Positions 12,671 through 27,775 are shown, numbered from the stretch's first letter. The stretch: DNA of 63,328 bases from Octopus bimaculoides (GCF_001194135.2 NC_068981.1:36285846-36349173); one strand, 5' to 3'. The notes: generated from the sequence alone by a model not told the origin. Numbers and translations are program-made.

Positions 12671-15600
12671 GATTCAATTCTAGGAACCTAATTTTTTTTT
12701 AAAATCACTAAAAAAGAAAATAATGCAAAACAAAAGAGAATAATAAAAGTATAAAAAAATCCTGTGATATTTCATATATCACTTATCAGATAAAAAGGAA
12801 TGAATAGTAATGTGATCAATACTGATTTGATTGGTGCAGTATTGTTCTGAGAGCTGTGCCTATTGTGACCAAACTGTTGAATCAATACTGTAGAGATTGC
12901 TTGCACCTTGAGTGCTAAGGATAAAATAAATATGAAGAGAAAAACGGAGACAAAAACAAGAGAAATTGATTGAAGTTTCACAAAGCAGTATTAATGTGTA
13001 GTTATAGATCACTCATATTTTTTCTGTCACTCTCTCTTTTCTTTCTCAGCATTCTCTCTGTATCGAAGTATGCTTTATAATAATGTCATTGCTTTGTGTT
13101 ATACTCAGCACAAATTAATGTATATGGAAGACAACAATTTTGAAAATAATGGTGTCGCTGCAGCTGAGGTTGCACAAAGCATCTAAAAATCAGAAATTCA
13201 CTTCATAGAACATAAAATTGTCTCTTACTATTTATGACTTTACACATTAAAAAACATTTCTGTAATCACTGTCTGTTTCTCATCTTAAATGTTCAATTTA
13301 AATGTGCCAGCCATATTTTTTCTATTTTTTTTCTAATTTAATAAAAGACAAAATGCGATAAATCTTTGAAGACATGAATGTTTGCTTCTAAAATCATTAT
13401 TCCCAAACATTTCTGCAGCCAGTTTGATTGGGTCTTGCATCTTTTCCGATGAACCAAACATTTTTCATTTCCTAAAACAATTTCTATTAAGAGGATTTGT
13501 CATGCACGAATTATATACTCTTATAAAAGGAGATAGAATTTTGTAAAATCAAAAGAGAGATAATATACACGTAGAAACAAATACATATGCAGGTTCACAC
13601 AAAAGCTGGCATATATATCTTGTATATATACATTCATATTTATATTGGTGCTTAAAACAATAAGTATATAAGCTTGCCTTTCTTTCAATACATTCAATAT
13701 TTTACAGATGGTTGAGAGGAAATATTTCAATGCAAATTTTATCAAATATAATGACAGAAATCTAAGAATATTCCAACTACTTTTCAAAAGATAATTGGCA
13801 GATGTCACGTAAGAACTGTTCACAAATAGATGTAAAATTAAACAATATTTTATACATAATATCATGGAAAGTAGACAAATTGCTTTTATTGAAATGATTT
13901 CTATATTATTCTAAATTGAAATCCTGAAAATTGTTATATGCTATAGGATTTGATATCTTATCCCACCCGGAACAGTAATTTCTATGATATTTTTGGTGTT
14001 TTACATATATATATATGCTGCTAATAATTATATGTAGAATAACGGTCCTTATAATATTCCATTATATTAATGGATAATTGCATTAATACAATTATTCTTT
14101 AGTTTATTTCATAAATAGAAGCATGGGTATATAAATGTTCTCTTTCAGCACCCATAAAATATTAATAGAAAAATGTGATTGACTGATATCTAGAATTTTC
14201 TGCACATCCTTCAATGTTCAAATTGTTGATTAATTTGAAGAATCTCAAAAGATAGAAGTATGGAAAAGACTGACTGGGTAAAAGTATTTAGTGCCATGTC
14301 TAAGGCAAAACACTAGGAATAATAAGAAATGCAAACATTGGATGAACTCAGGGATGGGGTATGCAACTGCCTTGTTCAGAAGAGCTAAGGTGATTGTGGT
14401 AACAGTTGGTATAAGTGGAGAGCAAATAAGACACCCATAAAAGTGGACATATTATATTGGTGAGTGGATCTTTGCCAGTTTGCTGAATTGCCTTTTTCTA
14501 GATGTTTTCTAAGTTGTTTCTGTGCACAATAGCAACATCATTTCAGATTTTTAAACAATATTTCATAGCACCCTAAATTAGCACAAAACTCTTTCATCGA
14601 TGTGTAAGGTAACTGTGTCTTTATGCCGTCTAAGAATTGTTTTCAAGAATTCTGTTTATGGAAGCAAAACCTGTTTATGATAGCTTCAAGGTTTTGTGAA
14701 ACACTAAAAAATGTAGAATTATCCATGTATGATCATACATAGTTTGAACTCACAACAAATAAGTCCTTAATATCCAACTGAATGAGTGTAAGGGATGTAA
14801 CAACATCTATAAACACATTGGAGTTGCAAGAGTATTGCTAAGAGGAATTAAGCTGTTTGGTCAGAAACCACATAGGGAAGAGACTAGGGATAAATAGAGA
14901 ATCTAGAAGGGAACAACTTTGTGGGCTTTGATGCCAAAAGCTCAGTTGATATTGGGAGTTGCCAAAGATCTCTAGAATCAAAACTCATTGCTGTGTAATA
15001 TAGGGGATTAAATCTGATAGATCTAACTCAAAAGAAACCATACAACTGAACACTGAAAACTGGAGCAAGCTCAAAGTTGTGAATCTGGTAGCTGTCTACA
15101 AGTGCTTCCATCATCCTTGAGTTGATGGAAGGGAGGACAATAGGACAGAAGTTGGCTGCATCAGAAAGTTTTTCCATAAATTTGATTTTTATCTTAAATA
15201 TACAAATTAATTCATTAAAGCAAAAAGAAAAAAAACAAAAAAACTGAAAAGTAAGTTAAGATTAATGGATAAATACAAAAAATTAATACATTAAGTGTTT
15301 GATAGATGTGGCTACTAATATTAAATATGCTTAAAGATGTGTCAATTTTCGTATGAAAATTTTACACTGTTTGCCGTTGTTAACCTTGCAAAAAAAGATA
15401 TATGCATGTGCACATAGCATGCATATCTTCGTGAATATATTTGGTTTGGGACACATGCTTGTATATACATGTTTGCATGTAAATGTATAGCTATGTATAT
15501 ATTCATAATTGTACATGTATGTGTCTTTATATGTGTGTGTATATGAATATATTTGTATATTAAATGTGTGGGAGGAGCATGTGCTTGGATATTGTCAAAG

Positions 15601-16890
15601 TGAATTTCAATTACTTGTGTGTGAGTAAATCAGAATACCATAAAAACTGGTTGGTTTTCTTGTTTATGATTGTAACATTAGACACTTGTGAAAAAAATTA
15701 AAAAAAACCTAGGCAAAAATTTCCTGTAATTTAGAAGTGTAACTGAAGGACAATTAATATTAATTAGCTTCTTCTAAGTCAGTAATTAATTTTTTCTCAA
15801 GAAATGAATTTTCTTGTGTTTGGTTAAAATGTACTGCAAAACTAATCATCTCATATGAGAAATTAAAATTTTTTTCCTTCAACTTCAAACATTCAATTTT
15901 CATTTACTGATAAGCTTTATCTCATGGTACATGACATTGTACAATTTGATTGGATCTAATTTGGCGGTTGTTTAAACTTTTATTTGTCAGTTAGTTTGTT
16001 ATAAGAGCCTTTACTTCTCTGAATTTGCCAGTTCTATGCCTCTATTAAAATAACTCACTGCACCCTTATATCTTTATCCTTAGCTCCCACACATTAAACA
16101 ACATCTGAAATTCTTCTTCCTTGAAATTGCACCATTCAGAAATTTAATTCCTAGTCCAATTAATACCAACACCAATTATTTGAATTAAAAAAACAAAACA
16201 AAAGATATCTTCAGTACTTCAAATGAAGTCTTAATCATAGAGATAGGAGGGGAATCCAGCCACTAAAGTACGGATGATAGTAAATATAACTGATATGGGT
16301 ACAAACCCATAAATACCGATGTTTTATAACTGACATTTATAACTGACCTTATTTTAAATATATTTCTATTTGAAGTTCATCAAAGCAGGACATGTGTTCT
16401 ATGCTACATCACAAGGCTAGAAAAAACTAGAACATGGAATATGTTTTTGATTTATTGCTTAAAGCCAATAGTAATATTTGGCATAAGTTGATTGGTTCTG
16501 AATATTTATATATTTGAATGAGTTGTCAGAGCTTTTGTATGTTAGGGTGATGAGCTTTCAAATACTGATATTCAGCCATATTTGTGTGTGTGCATGTGTC
16601 TGTACACACACACACACATAAACACATGCATATATAAAATTAAGAATTGTTGAGCAATTCTTCATTTATTTATGTTTGTATATGTATGTAGATATATATG
16701 TGTATCAGTGTATGTGCTTTTAATTGTTTTCATGTGTCAATTTACACAAAAATATATTGTGAATCTAGATTTCAGTAATTTGATGTTACATATTCAAACC
16801 ACTTAAGCACTTTGATAAGCTTTGCTTGAAAATACATTCTTACATTTGCAAAACATTTTTTAATTTTGTATGTATGTGTATATGTGGCAC

Positions 16891-16930
<40 letters not shown>

Positions 16931-18136
16931 GTGCGCGCGTGCGCGCGCACGCATGTGTGCACTGTAGATGACCAGAATCTGGAAACCAAGAGTAGCCCAT
17001 AATACTAACAGTAAATTTTGCATTAGTATTCCAACAGCTTAAACATTTGGTTCCCTTGTGAGATAATCTTTTAGCTTTCTAAAGACATCCAAAATTAGCT
17101 AATTCAACTTTAATGCACTTCAATTTCAAACACAGAAAGGGAAAAGTAAAATCTATGTTAAAACATTATTTACTTTAACCTCTTAATTGCACTGGCAGGT
17201 ATACTCTCATGGCTTCTGAAGAGCTCAAAGTAGGTTTCTACAAGATAAACACTCTGCTTTTGTTGAAATTGATAGCATTGAAGTTGAGAAATAAAGTTTG
17301 CATGATGGTGTGCTATGATTGCCAAGAAAATCAATACGTGATTTGAATTGCGCCAATTCAAAGTTTCTACAAATGATTCTTGCAAACTGTTTACTGTTTA
17401 TTATAAGTTAATTGCTAACAATAGAAAATATTCTATGATCTTACTGATCAATAAACATTTGAAATGGTGACATTTGCTAGAAATCTTTCTATCTTGATAT
17501 ATCATTGTGATTTACTTGCTTTTTGAATGTCTATCCATGTAAGTGACTAGTTTTCAGTTTAAGTTGGTTAGTTTTTGGCATAGAACCAGTTATATGGCTT
17601 TCAACCAGCATTTAAGTCACTTGGAAGGGCCCATTGGCAAAACTGCCTGATATACTGCAGTAAGCTTATATATCACACTTGTGTCTATGAAAAGGCCCAT
17701 TTCCTGGCCATTGTTTTGGCTGGGATTCATTTCTAGTCGAACAAAACTATAATTATCAGTAAAAGCAAAATAATCAATAATGGATTGTAGGTCATTTTGG
17801 TAAAATCTCTTTCAATTGCTTTATTAAGAAATAATGTCTATCACATAAAACATTCTTACTATTCAGTGTCTTTAAATGGACAATGGAGTTGCTGCTTAGT
17901 TACCAAAGGACATTGTTAAATAGCTGTATGCTAATGATCAAAACAATTTTAATTTATTGAATACAACATCAATACCTCAGGAGCAAGCATCTATTTTCAT
18001 GAACTTTTGAAATATTTATTTCACTATCTTAAGTAATAGAGATAAAAAAAAAGACAGCATGTAACTTAAGTGTATGTGTGCATGTGTATGTGTGTGTATG
18101 TTTGTATGTACATTCTTAAGAATGTGTGTGTATGTG

Positions 18137-18185
<49 letters not shown>

Positions 18186-19039
18186 NNNNNNNNNNNNNGA
18201 AGAGAAAGAACGAAAAAAATTAAGGTGGTTGTAAGGATAAAGGAGGATTATCACATGATAATTGCTGCACACATGACTTGATGTAGAAGACAAAAAAAAG
18301 TGAGACAAATATTTTAACCAACAGATGCTTTATAGTGAGTTATGGATGAACTCCTATCCCCCACCCACCCACCACACCACCAGTATTTTAGAATGCTTCA
18401 ACAGGCTTGATGATTTGTTTCAATGATTTTGTTGCAATTTATTAATATTTAAAGGTATATAATATATTTCTGTCACTTTCAGGTGTTTAGTTTTTTTATT
18501 ACTTATAAATTCTATAAGTTAACTCACTGAACTCTTTACTCTTTTTATACATTAGCCTGTATGCATTCTTAGCATCACCATTTTATAGGTGAACAATATT
18601 CAATTTGAACACCTTTAAATGATACAAATCAACTATTCAGATATATTTTAGTTATGTTACATACAACTTTGAGAATGGTATGACATCAAACAATTTCCTT
18701 TCTCTATCATTATAAATATATAACTAGACTTGCACTTATGTAAGAAAACAAACGTTTTCCATAAGTAATCTAAAGATTCCAGCCTTGTCATAGGAATTTC
18801 ATTGTGACCTTGGAGAAAATAGCCTATACTGAATGCTTTAGTTGGGTTTCTTAGATATTACTGTCATTTCAAAATAGAAATGTTCTCATGACAGTTATGT
18901 CCAGCAGTCAAAAGGTGTGTTTCTAGAAAACACAATGCATACTAATATTTTCTCTCTCTGTTACACACACACATACACCCCCACACACATGTACACGTGC
19001 GTGTGCGTGCATGTGTGTGCGTGCACATGTGTGTGTGTG

Positions 19040-19079
<40 letters not shown>

Positions 19080-19819
19080 CAGTGATGTATAGGTAAAACA
19101 AAAAATAGATATTTCTGTTTTTGTTGCAACTATTAACACTGTTGTCTTCTACTATACATTGATTATTGCACTGTTGTGTAGAAAAATATGTCTTTTTCAG
19201 TAAATAAATGGTATTTATAAGATAAGCAATCTAGATATTTGGCTTTGTTAAAAAGTATTAAGATGGTAGTGTAATTTTTCTAAGAGTATCTGTTGAGGTG
19301 TTTTCACTTTCTTGCATTCAGATTTATAGTAGCACAATCATTGCAGCTTCATTTATTGGTGATAATTCAGGATAAATCTTTTGACTAGGCTCAATTAAAA
19401 TGTGAGAATATAATTAAAATCTAACTCTGTGATTCATTTAAATTATTAGGAAGAGTGGCAGATCAATAGATTGTCAGACTAAGTAAATGTGCTAAACTAA
19501 TTTGCATCTTCACAGTTTCTGAGAGACACTGATATTGTAAGACAAAATAATAATGATGAAAAGCAACACACACACACACACACACACACACACCCACAGT
19601 TGAGGGACAATACTAAAAGGAGTGTTCTGCATATATTAAATACCAATATTATAAAAATTATATATGTAATTTAGTGAGCTGAAAAAATATTATCAGTTGT
19701 AATTATCTAAACAATTTGTAGACAAAAACGCCCTCCAAAGGTAAATAAAATCAGTTGGTCTCAAACCTTTGATCAACTGATCAAACTTGATTTATCTCCT
19801 TTGCTTCTTGTTGTTAAAT

Positions 19820-19975
19820 GGGACTAGTCAAGAGGTCAGTTGCTAACCATGTGATTTCAAGTTCAGTCCCATAGCTAGGCACCATGTCAAGTGTCTTCTA
19901 CTTTAGCCATTGACTGACCAAAGCATTGTGAGTGCAGTGGATAAACGAAAACAGAAAGATGACTATCATGGTCAT
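19820..19975 (+). mobile_element. Family B SINE head, diverged
   Basis: gctaaccatgtgatttcaagttcagtccc...ggcaccatgtcaagtgtcttctactttagcc...ccaaagcattgtgagtg. Confidence 0.7.
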
Positions 19976-20487
19976 TAAAATCATGATGAAAATGTGACAA
20001 TGATTTTTAGAATGCTTCCTCTAGCCATATTGTTGTTAATCATAATCAGTATCACATTTCTTTTACTTCTTTGTATATATTTATTGTTATTAGTCTTGCC
20101 TATCGAGTCAAATACTTTTTACTGAAGAGGTCTAACACATAGAAACACAACTGATATTATTCAAGTTATCTTCCTTGCTTGTAGTTTTTAGATAGCAAGA
20201 ATCTGTAAAAGAAATTTTCATTTATTAATTGCTTGGATAATTTCAGTTCATCAAAGTTTCTCCACTTACTTGCATCTGTCTCTGCCATTTGTGAGTGTGT
20301 ATCACCCCTGCTTCTTAGCTAGTGGGTATTTGACAGGTTGATTGAGCCCCCAATGCAACTCTATGCAAATATAATTATTACCTAACATTTATTTTAATTT
20401 TTGTGTCTTTCACAAATTAGATGGATAATGGTAGATTAGATTTAATAACTGAGAACCCTCAGGCCAAAATTCTAGCTTGTTCTATGT

Positions 20488-20680
20488 ATCATCGTCAACA
20501 TCCTCATCATTTAGCATTCATTTTTCATGTTGGCATGGGCTGGATAATTTGATAGACTTTGGTAAGCTACAAGGCTATGCTGAGCTCCAGTTTCAGCTTT
20601 GGCATAGTTTCTATGGCTAGATGGCCTTCCTAAAGCTGGGTGCTTTTCTCATGTTATTGGTACTGGTGAGATTACCAAGT
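20488..20680 (-). mobile_element. Family A repeat, diverged
   Basis: catcatttagcattcatttttcatgttggcatgggctgga...gatggccttcctaa is the reversed family A tail. Confidence 0.7.
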
Positions 20681-21659
20681 ATCTTGCAGGACAGAAGAGG
20701 GAACAGGGGATAATAGAAAGAGCTCCTGCTACCAAGAAAGGGTGAGTATTTGATGGGGTGAGGTGGTTTTATTCCAAGGCTAAGTATGATTGAGGGACAA
20801 GCATAAGTGTCTTGCGGGGGGGGGGGCACATGGNNNNNNNNNNTGTCTTGCGGGGGGGGGGGCACATGGCTACCATATATTATAGAGAGGTGGGTGGAAG
20901 TAGTTGGATAGGGATAAAGGTATATGTAGACACACACATACAAATATATATATATATATACACACACACAAATACCCTACACATATATACACATACATAT
21001 ATATAAACACACATATATACATGTAGATTACATTTATACATACACATACTTTCATGTATATATATATATATATATATATGTACGTACACACACATATATA
21101 TATATATAAACATGCTCATATATCTGCATGTACACACACTTATGCATGCATGTGTGCCTGTGTAAGCCTCGGCTGAAGCTGAAGAATGTAGAGAACAGTA
21201 TTAACTGTGTATTCTTTTTGTTTTATATAAATTATATTTTATTTTTCCACTTCATTGACTTTCATTTTGTTATCGTTCATTTAACGCTCCAGTGCAATTT
21301 TTAGTGGGCAAACTATTATAGTTTCATTAGTTCCTTAGATTTAATTACTTTGCTTCCTCTTTAATCTTCCTTTTATTTTTTACCATATGTCTATCAGTCT
21401 GTCTATCTGTTTCTACACAGATATTTTCTCTCTTTTATTACATTTTATTAATTTTGTCACCCATGTATTTTCATCTTAAAACATTTTCTCCTAATTTTAT
21501 CAAAACAAAAGATACAAAATACAGATATTGATAATGTAATATTCAGTTATAATACAAAATTTAGTTCTTAGTCTTAACTTATATAAATCGATATTGGTTT
21601 AATGTAACATATTTTGTAATAATAATAATAAGGATATTAATAACAATAACTATTATCAT

Positions 21660-22425
21660 TATGGAATATGTCACACAGTGCCCATGTTGTGATGTTGCAG
21701 ATTGAAGATATTGTGAGTACCAGGAATTTGTGCTGTCTGTCATGTCACAGCAAGGACCTCAGACAGACAACACTTTACACAGTATGTGTGCAGTTCCAAG
21801 TAAAGTCGATTTTTGCAATACTCAAAAATTGTAGGGTATTTCTGAAGTGTTCAGATGTTTCCCCAGGCTGGGAGGTATTAAAGTTAATGCTCCAATGACA
21901 ACAGGAACAATCTTTATATTTAACTCTGACAGCTGCCACATCTTGGTGATCTCAGTTTCCAGGTTTCCATATTTGTTGGTCTTTTCTCTTTCTTTTATGA
22001 CAATATGTTGATCTCCTGGTACTGCCACATCAATTATTAGGCACTCTTGTTTGTCCCTCTTAAAGTACCAGTCTCTGGTACTCTAACACCTTTTGTGTTC
22101 GGAAGTCTGGAAGTCAAGGTCCCAGAGGATCCTTGCCTTCTCATTTTTATCCATTATCTTCTTCAGTATATGTTGGTACCAAGAACCCATTACCTCATAT
22201 CCATACTTCTGTCTTAGTAACCAGTGAAGGTTTAGGGCTACCTTGTCATGTATGCACTTGTACTCTTTCTGTGCTAATGATGTGAATCATACTTTCAACC
22301 ATCTCACATATTCTGCAGAGGTTTGTTGCACTTGTGTGGTATATATCCCTTTCCACTAAGTTGGCATTCAATGTCTGGTCCTGGGCAACGATGATTAGGC
22401 TTTCAATGCTCTTTTTAAAGTCACC
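21660..22425 (-). mobile_element. Dong/R4-like RLE LINE, 3' fragment
   Basis: The ORF track gives VPGDQHIVIKEREKTNKYGNLETEITKMWQL...IVPVVIGAL. The continuation reads LQKSTLLGTAHILCKVLSV*, a typical C-terminus, and an upstream WVLGTNI is also present. AAT repeats lie on both sides. Confidence 0.88.
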
Positions 22426-22624
22426 ATAATAATAATAATAATAATGGCAGTGATGGCAACAGTGATGGTGATGGTAGCAGTGGTGGCAATAGTGTCTTGC
22501 TAACTGAACAATGTTGCATCCAGCAAAACCCTTCTCCTCCTCCTACTACTATTACTAATAATGATCCTTTCTAATTTTGGCACGAGGCCAGGCATTGACC
22601 ACAAGGCATTGTGGCATTGACCAC

Positions 22625-22775
22625 GTTTGGATGGTGCTTTTTACGTGCCACCAGCACAAGAAACCAGTTAGGTGAAACTGGCAATGGCCCATGCATGAAT
22701 GGTGCTAATTGTCTGCCACCAGCATGGGAGCCAGTCAGGTAGCACTGGCATCAGCCACAACTACAATTTCCATTT
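22625..22775 (-). mobile_element. Family A internal tandem-unit region
   Basis: ggtgctttttacgtgccaccagcac and gtctgccaccagcatgggagccagtc are two reversed units. Confidence 0.65.
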
Positions 22776-22796
22776 TTGATTTCAAAATAATAATAA

Positions 22797-23012
22797 TAAT
22801 GATTTCAAATTTTGGTACAAAGCCAGTAAGTTCGGGGGAGAGGGTAAGTTGATTGCATCAACCCCAATGATCAACTGGTACTTATTTTATCGATCCTGAA
22901 AGAATGAAAGGTAAAGTCGGCCTCCGTGGAATTTTAACTCAGAATGTAAAGACAGACAAAATACCATAAAGCATTTTGCCCTGTGTGCTAATGATTCTGT
23001 TAGCTTGTCACC

Positions 23013-23014
<2 letters not shown>
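22797..23014 (-). mobile_element. Family C SINE, full length, in an (AAT)n array
   Basis: ggtacttattttatcgatcctgaaagaatgaaaggtaaagtcggcctccgtggaattttaactcagaa; AAT repeats on both sides. Confidence 0.85.
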
Positions 23015-23073
<59 letters not shown>

Positions 23074-23880
23074 TAATAATACTGCTTTCTTTTATTTGCC
23101 ACCAGGGCGAAGGATGAGGGGTACAAAGAAATAAATAGTAAAAACTAAAATGAAATAAAATTAGCATAGATGGAAAAAAAAAATATAGAAGTTGTTTCTC
23201 TGTCCAAACTAGCAAATGTAAAAGATGAATATAATTGCAAATAAAAAATAATACAACATAAAAGGCAAATATGAACAAAACAAAACAAAAAAAAAAGTAA
23301 CAGCAGCAGTAACGACAATGAAAAGACAAAAGTGATAAACAAGTGAAATTAGGAACAAGGAGTTCATCCCAGTTTTTATGTTATTTTAGTTATTTATCAT
23401 GTCTTATTTACTTTTTTTTCAACATCTCGTGTGAAGTCCTTTTCTGCTCCTGGAGAAATGAATTTTATACACTGATGACAATTTCTCTTGTTTCTTATTT
23501 CCGCTCACATCTTGTAGTCAGGCAGCCACTGTTGTTTCTTTACCTCCTCCTCCTCCTCCTCCTCCTCATCATCATCATCTTTTATCTTAATTATGTTATC
23601 ATTATTGATATTGTTGTTATATTGTTTACTTATTCATTATCATTTCCACTACTGTCATTATCTTCCTCCTCCTCCTCTTCACCACTGCCACCAACACTCT
23701 TCTTCTCCTTCTCCTTCTTCTTCTTCTTATTATTATTATCATGATTATTATAAATATGGATGTCTCTTGCCTCATTGTTATTACTGTTATTTTTCCATCT
23801 CCAGGACCACTACTGCCATTATACTCATTAACATTTTAATATCCAACTCATGCTTCTGGATTTTCTATACATATTTGTCT

Positions 23881-23928
<48 letters not shown>

Positions 23929-24774
23929 CATCATTGTTTTTGTTTCTCTGTTGTTCACTGCTGGAGCTTTAAACACTCTTATGTCTTGTGTATTGTCATA
24001 AGCTGTCATAGTATACAGTCTTCATGTAGAAGATAAACAGAAATATTCTAAACTAATGTAAGACTTGGTTTTGTGAGAAAAAACTTCTAGCTAACCAGTC
24101 ACTTCCAACACTCATACTCAAGGGAAATTACTTAAAGGAAAAGTTAATTTAAGAGATGATGAAAATATTTTTGTTCAGTTTCCTATTTTGTCACAACCAA
24201 GCACCATTTGAGAATTGGTTGAACAATATGTGTGACAATCAAAAATTTATTATCTAAACTAAAACTTGGTTGTTGCTCCCACTCTCATCCAGCTGAAGTG
24301 AAACATTTAATCTACAAAATATTGAAATGGTTAAATAGGTATTATAATGAAGAAAAACTATGCTGTCTGAGAATAGAGTTGATTAATATATATGTATATA
24401 TTTAATTCATATATATGTATACACATACACATACAGATGCACATACATGTGTGTACATGTGTGATTCACAATACACACTTCAATTTACCTAAACAAGAGT
24501 TACTTTCCTTAAAAATTAATTAGAGTTATCACAAGAGCAATGTTTATGAGGTCAGAAATATGTACATATATTACCTTTATCTTATACATGTATTGAAAAT
24601 GGATGTAAATTGATGGGACACTCACTCACATTCATTATACATAAATGTTTATATGTGTGCATATGTGTTGTATGTACATATCTTGTTCTATGTGTATATG
24701 CACAGAATCACATGTATATTTATTTACAGGTACATGAACCGAAACATGTATTACCATAATCACCTTCATTGCTT

Positions 24775-24870
24775 TTACATTCACTTTTCCTTGCTGGCAA
24801 AAGGCTGGGCAGGACGTTGAGATGGCATTTTACAGCTGGGTGCTCTTCCTGACACCAACACTTTTAACCA
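24775..24870 (-). mobile_element. Family A fragment
   Basis: ggcattttacagctgggtgctcttcctgacaccaac is the reversed aggaagggcatccagctgtaaaa motif. Confidence 0.6.
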
Positions 24871-25639
24871 CTTCTTACAACAAGAAGGAATACAATATAT
24901 ATATTCCAAAAACTAATATCATATGTCTGTGTGCATGTATGTATGTGTTCAGTGAGCATATGCTTAAGTATACATGTATATTTAATTACAGATATATACA
25001 TAGACTCAGCTCACAGAAAAACACATACATACATGTTTACAAGTGTGTGTGTGCATGTGTGTCTGTGCACGTGTGTGTATGTGCATGTGTGAATATATTT
25101 CCATGTTATTAACAAAAGTTTAGAGGATTTATATTTATTGTAAATAAGATTGTTTTCCCAACCAAGCTAAGCACCGCAACTATAATTGAATTTATTCTTT
25201 TGGGAACTTCTGAGTGTATTTATGATTTCAGAAATAGCGTTATACTTGATGGAGAAGAGAAAGAAATATTTCGGAATAAGATAAATTTTACAATGGAGAT
25301 AAAGTATACATGGTGCGCGCGCGTGCGTGCATGTATTTACACACACATAAACACGCATACACACACATATATACATACATATACATATATGTGTGTATAT
25401 ATATGTGTGTGTATACATGTGTTTCTATCTATCTATCTATCTATATATATATATATATGAAATAGAAAGAATGAGCAACCATAATGATGATAATGATTTA
25501 GGTTTCTTTTATTGGCCATCAAGGCACAAAATATTGGGAACAGCATGAAAGAAAATAAGAAATAAGAAACAGCAAGGGATTTAAATGAAGTAAAAGGGTT
25601 TAAATAGCAACAACAATAAAGACATTAATAAATAGATTA

Positions 25640-25830
25640 ATAATTGTTTCTAATTTAGGCACAAGGAGAAAAATTTTGAGGGAAGCCAGGCGATTGCATC
25701 AATGCCAGTTTTTGACTGGTACTTGATTTTATCAGACTATATGTAGAGCAAAATTGACCTCAGTGAGATCTAAACTCAGAATGTAGAGAGCCAGAAAAAA
25801 TACTACAAAGCAATGTTTTCAGCATTCTAC
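25640..25830 (-). mobile_element. Family C SINE, diverged
   Basis: gactggtacttgattttatc...gcaaaattgacctcagtgagatctaaactcagaatg. Confidence 0.65.
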
Positions 25831-26049
25831 TTGTAAGCCTACTTAGCCATGCCAATTTCATCAACCTCATCCTACTTTCTACCCTCATCTGGCCAGTGGG
25901 AGGAAGGGAATAAAGATAAAATATCTTTGATCCAAAGACTTGGCTGAATACTTGTAACTGTGCACTCTATTGAAGATATTCTCAAAGGCCAGGTGGTGGT
26001 GTTAAATCAGATTAAGTCTATCATTCAAGAACAGGGACAGTTCCATCTA

Positions 26050-26196
26050 TGGGTTCAGGCTTCACATAGTTTCTTTCCAGCAAAGGCTTTGATTGTCCTA
26101 ATTCTACAGTAGTAGGCACTTGCCAAAGGGATTACATGGTGGAACTGAACCTAAAACCAAGTGGTTGTGAAGAAAACTTTTTAACCATATAGCCAT
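26050..26196 (-). mobile_element. Family B SINE head
   Basis: aaggctttgattg...ggcacttgccaaaggg...ggaactgaacc...accatatagcca. Confidence 0.65.
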
Positions 26197-26921
26197 TGAG
26201 ATATCTATGGCACACATCTATACACACATACATATATTTTGGGGATTCATAGAGATAGCATCTATATCGATGAGTTTTTTATTTATTTGGATACACCTTA
26301 CCCTATTTGCTAATGTATCCAAACATATAGGTGTATCTATCATCATTGTGTTTATCTAAATACATTGATGCACATAAACAAAATGCTGAAGAAATGCATA
26401 AACAGTGCAAACAAACAATGAACATAGAATAACAGACATAGAATAAAACTACATAAATATGTAAGAAGAGAAATAAAGATATAGAAATCCACATATACAC
26501 ACATATGTATGTACAGGCACCCATTGATTGAATATACAAAGTAAACAAAACCAAAATGTAGATAAAAAGACAACTGAGATAGTGACCCAGAAGCTAAAAT
26601 TTACTCTCTAAACATCACTAAATGAATTCTAATGAATCCATGGAAATGTTTATACACTATTGAAAGAAAGAAATACAAATAAAAAAGAGTGCTACATGTT
26701 TTTCAAAGGAGAAATCGACTTTGTTTGATGGAAACTAGCATGTAGAAAAATTACTAAAAGAGTGATGCTAATCAATTCCCTAACATGATGGCTTTCAATT
26801 TATAGTTAAAAAACAAAAAACAAAAGAACTTATTTAGAAATAGTTTCCGGTTTCCTTTGAAGTTTCTCACAACATTAGCATTGGGTTATATATATATATA
26901 TATATATGTATATGTTTGTAG

Positions 26922-26974
<53 letters not shown>

Positions 26975-27599
26975 NNNNNNNNNNNNNNNNNNNNNNNNNN
27001 NNNNNNNNNNNNNNNNNNNNNNNNNNNNNNNNNNNNNNNNNNNNNNNNNNNNNNNNNNNNNNNNNNNNNNNNNNNNNNNNNNNNNNNNNNNNNNNNNNNN
27101 NNNNNNNNNNNNNNNNNNNNNNNNNNNNNNNNNNNNNNNNNNNNNNNNNNNNNNNNNNNNNNNNNNNNNNNNNNNNNNNNNNNNNNNNNNNNNNNNNNNN
27201 NNNNNNNNNNNNNNNNNNNNNNNNNNNNNNNNNNNNNNNNNNNNNNNNNNNNNNNNNNNNNNNNNNNNNNNNNNNNNNNNNNNNNNNNNNNNNNNNNNNN
27301 NNNNNNNNNNNNNNNNNNNNNNNNNNNNNNNNNNNNNNNNNNNNNNNNNNNNNNNNNNNNNNNNNNNNNNNNNNNNNNNNNNNNNNNNNNNNNNNNNNNN
27401 NNNNNNNNNNNNNNNNNNNNNNNNNNNNNNNNNNNNNNNNNNNNNNNNNNNNNNNNNNNNNNNNNNNNNNNNNNNNNNNNNNNNNNNNNNNNNNNNNNNN
27501 NNNNNNNNNNNNNNNNNNNNNNNNNNNNNNNNNNNNNNNNNNNNNNNNNNNNNNNNNNNNNNNNNNNNNNNNNNNNNNNNNNNNNNNNNNNNNNNNNNN
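26975..27599. other. Assembly gap (N run). Other gaps: 8064-8073, 18186-18198, 20834-20843, 28230-28773, 47187-47296, 50061-50323, 51692-51922, 55783-56155, ~60565-60574
   Basis: Direct reading; nearly all gaps abut microsatellites, as expected for short-read scaffolding. Confidence 0.98.
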
Positions 27600-27775
27600 T
27601 ATATATATATATAATGGAGAAATTGTACAAAATATATAAATAGATGATGAGTAAAGCACCAGCGCAGTTTCGACTACCTGTTGTTATCTGTAATTTTATT
27701 GCAGGAACTTCGTAGTGGTGGTTGGGGTAACAGTATTAATAAAATAAGAGATGGAATGTGTAATAGACTTTATTG

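Noticed and set aside
17160-17560. Hydrophobic near-open frames (NIIYFNLLIALAGILSW; QMILANCLLFIISL)
   Set aside because: Interrupted by many stops; hydrophobic residues are expected from AT-rich codons.
20121-20152. ctgaagaggtctaacacatagaaac hammerhead-like string
   Set aside because: Stem II and stem I do not pair convincingly; could be chance.
20808-20870. Direct repeat tgtcttgcg(g)ncacatgg on both sides of a 10-N gap
   Set aside because: Almost certainly overlapping contig ends left unmerged at a G homopolymer, i.e. an assembly artefact.
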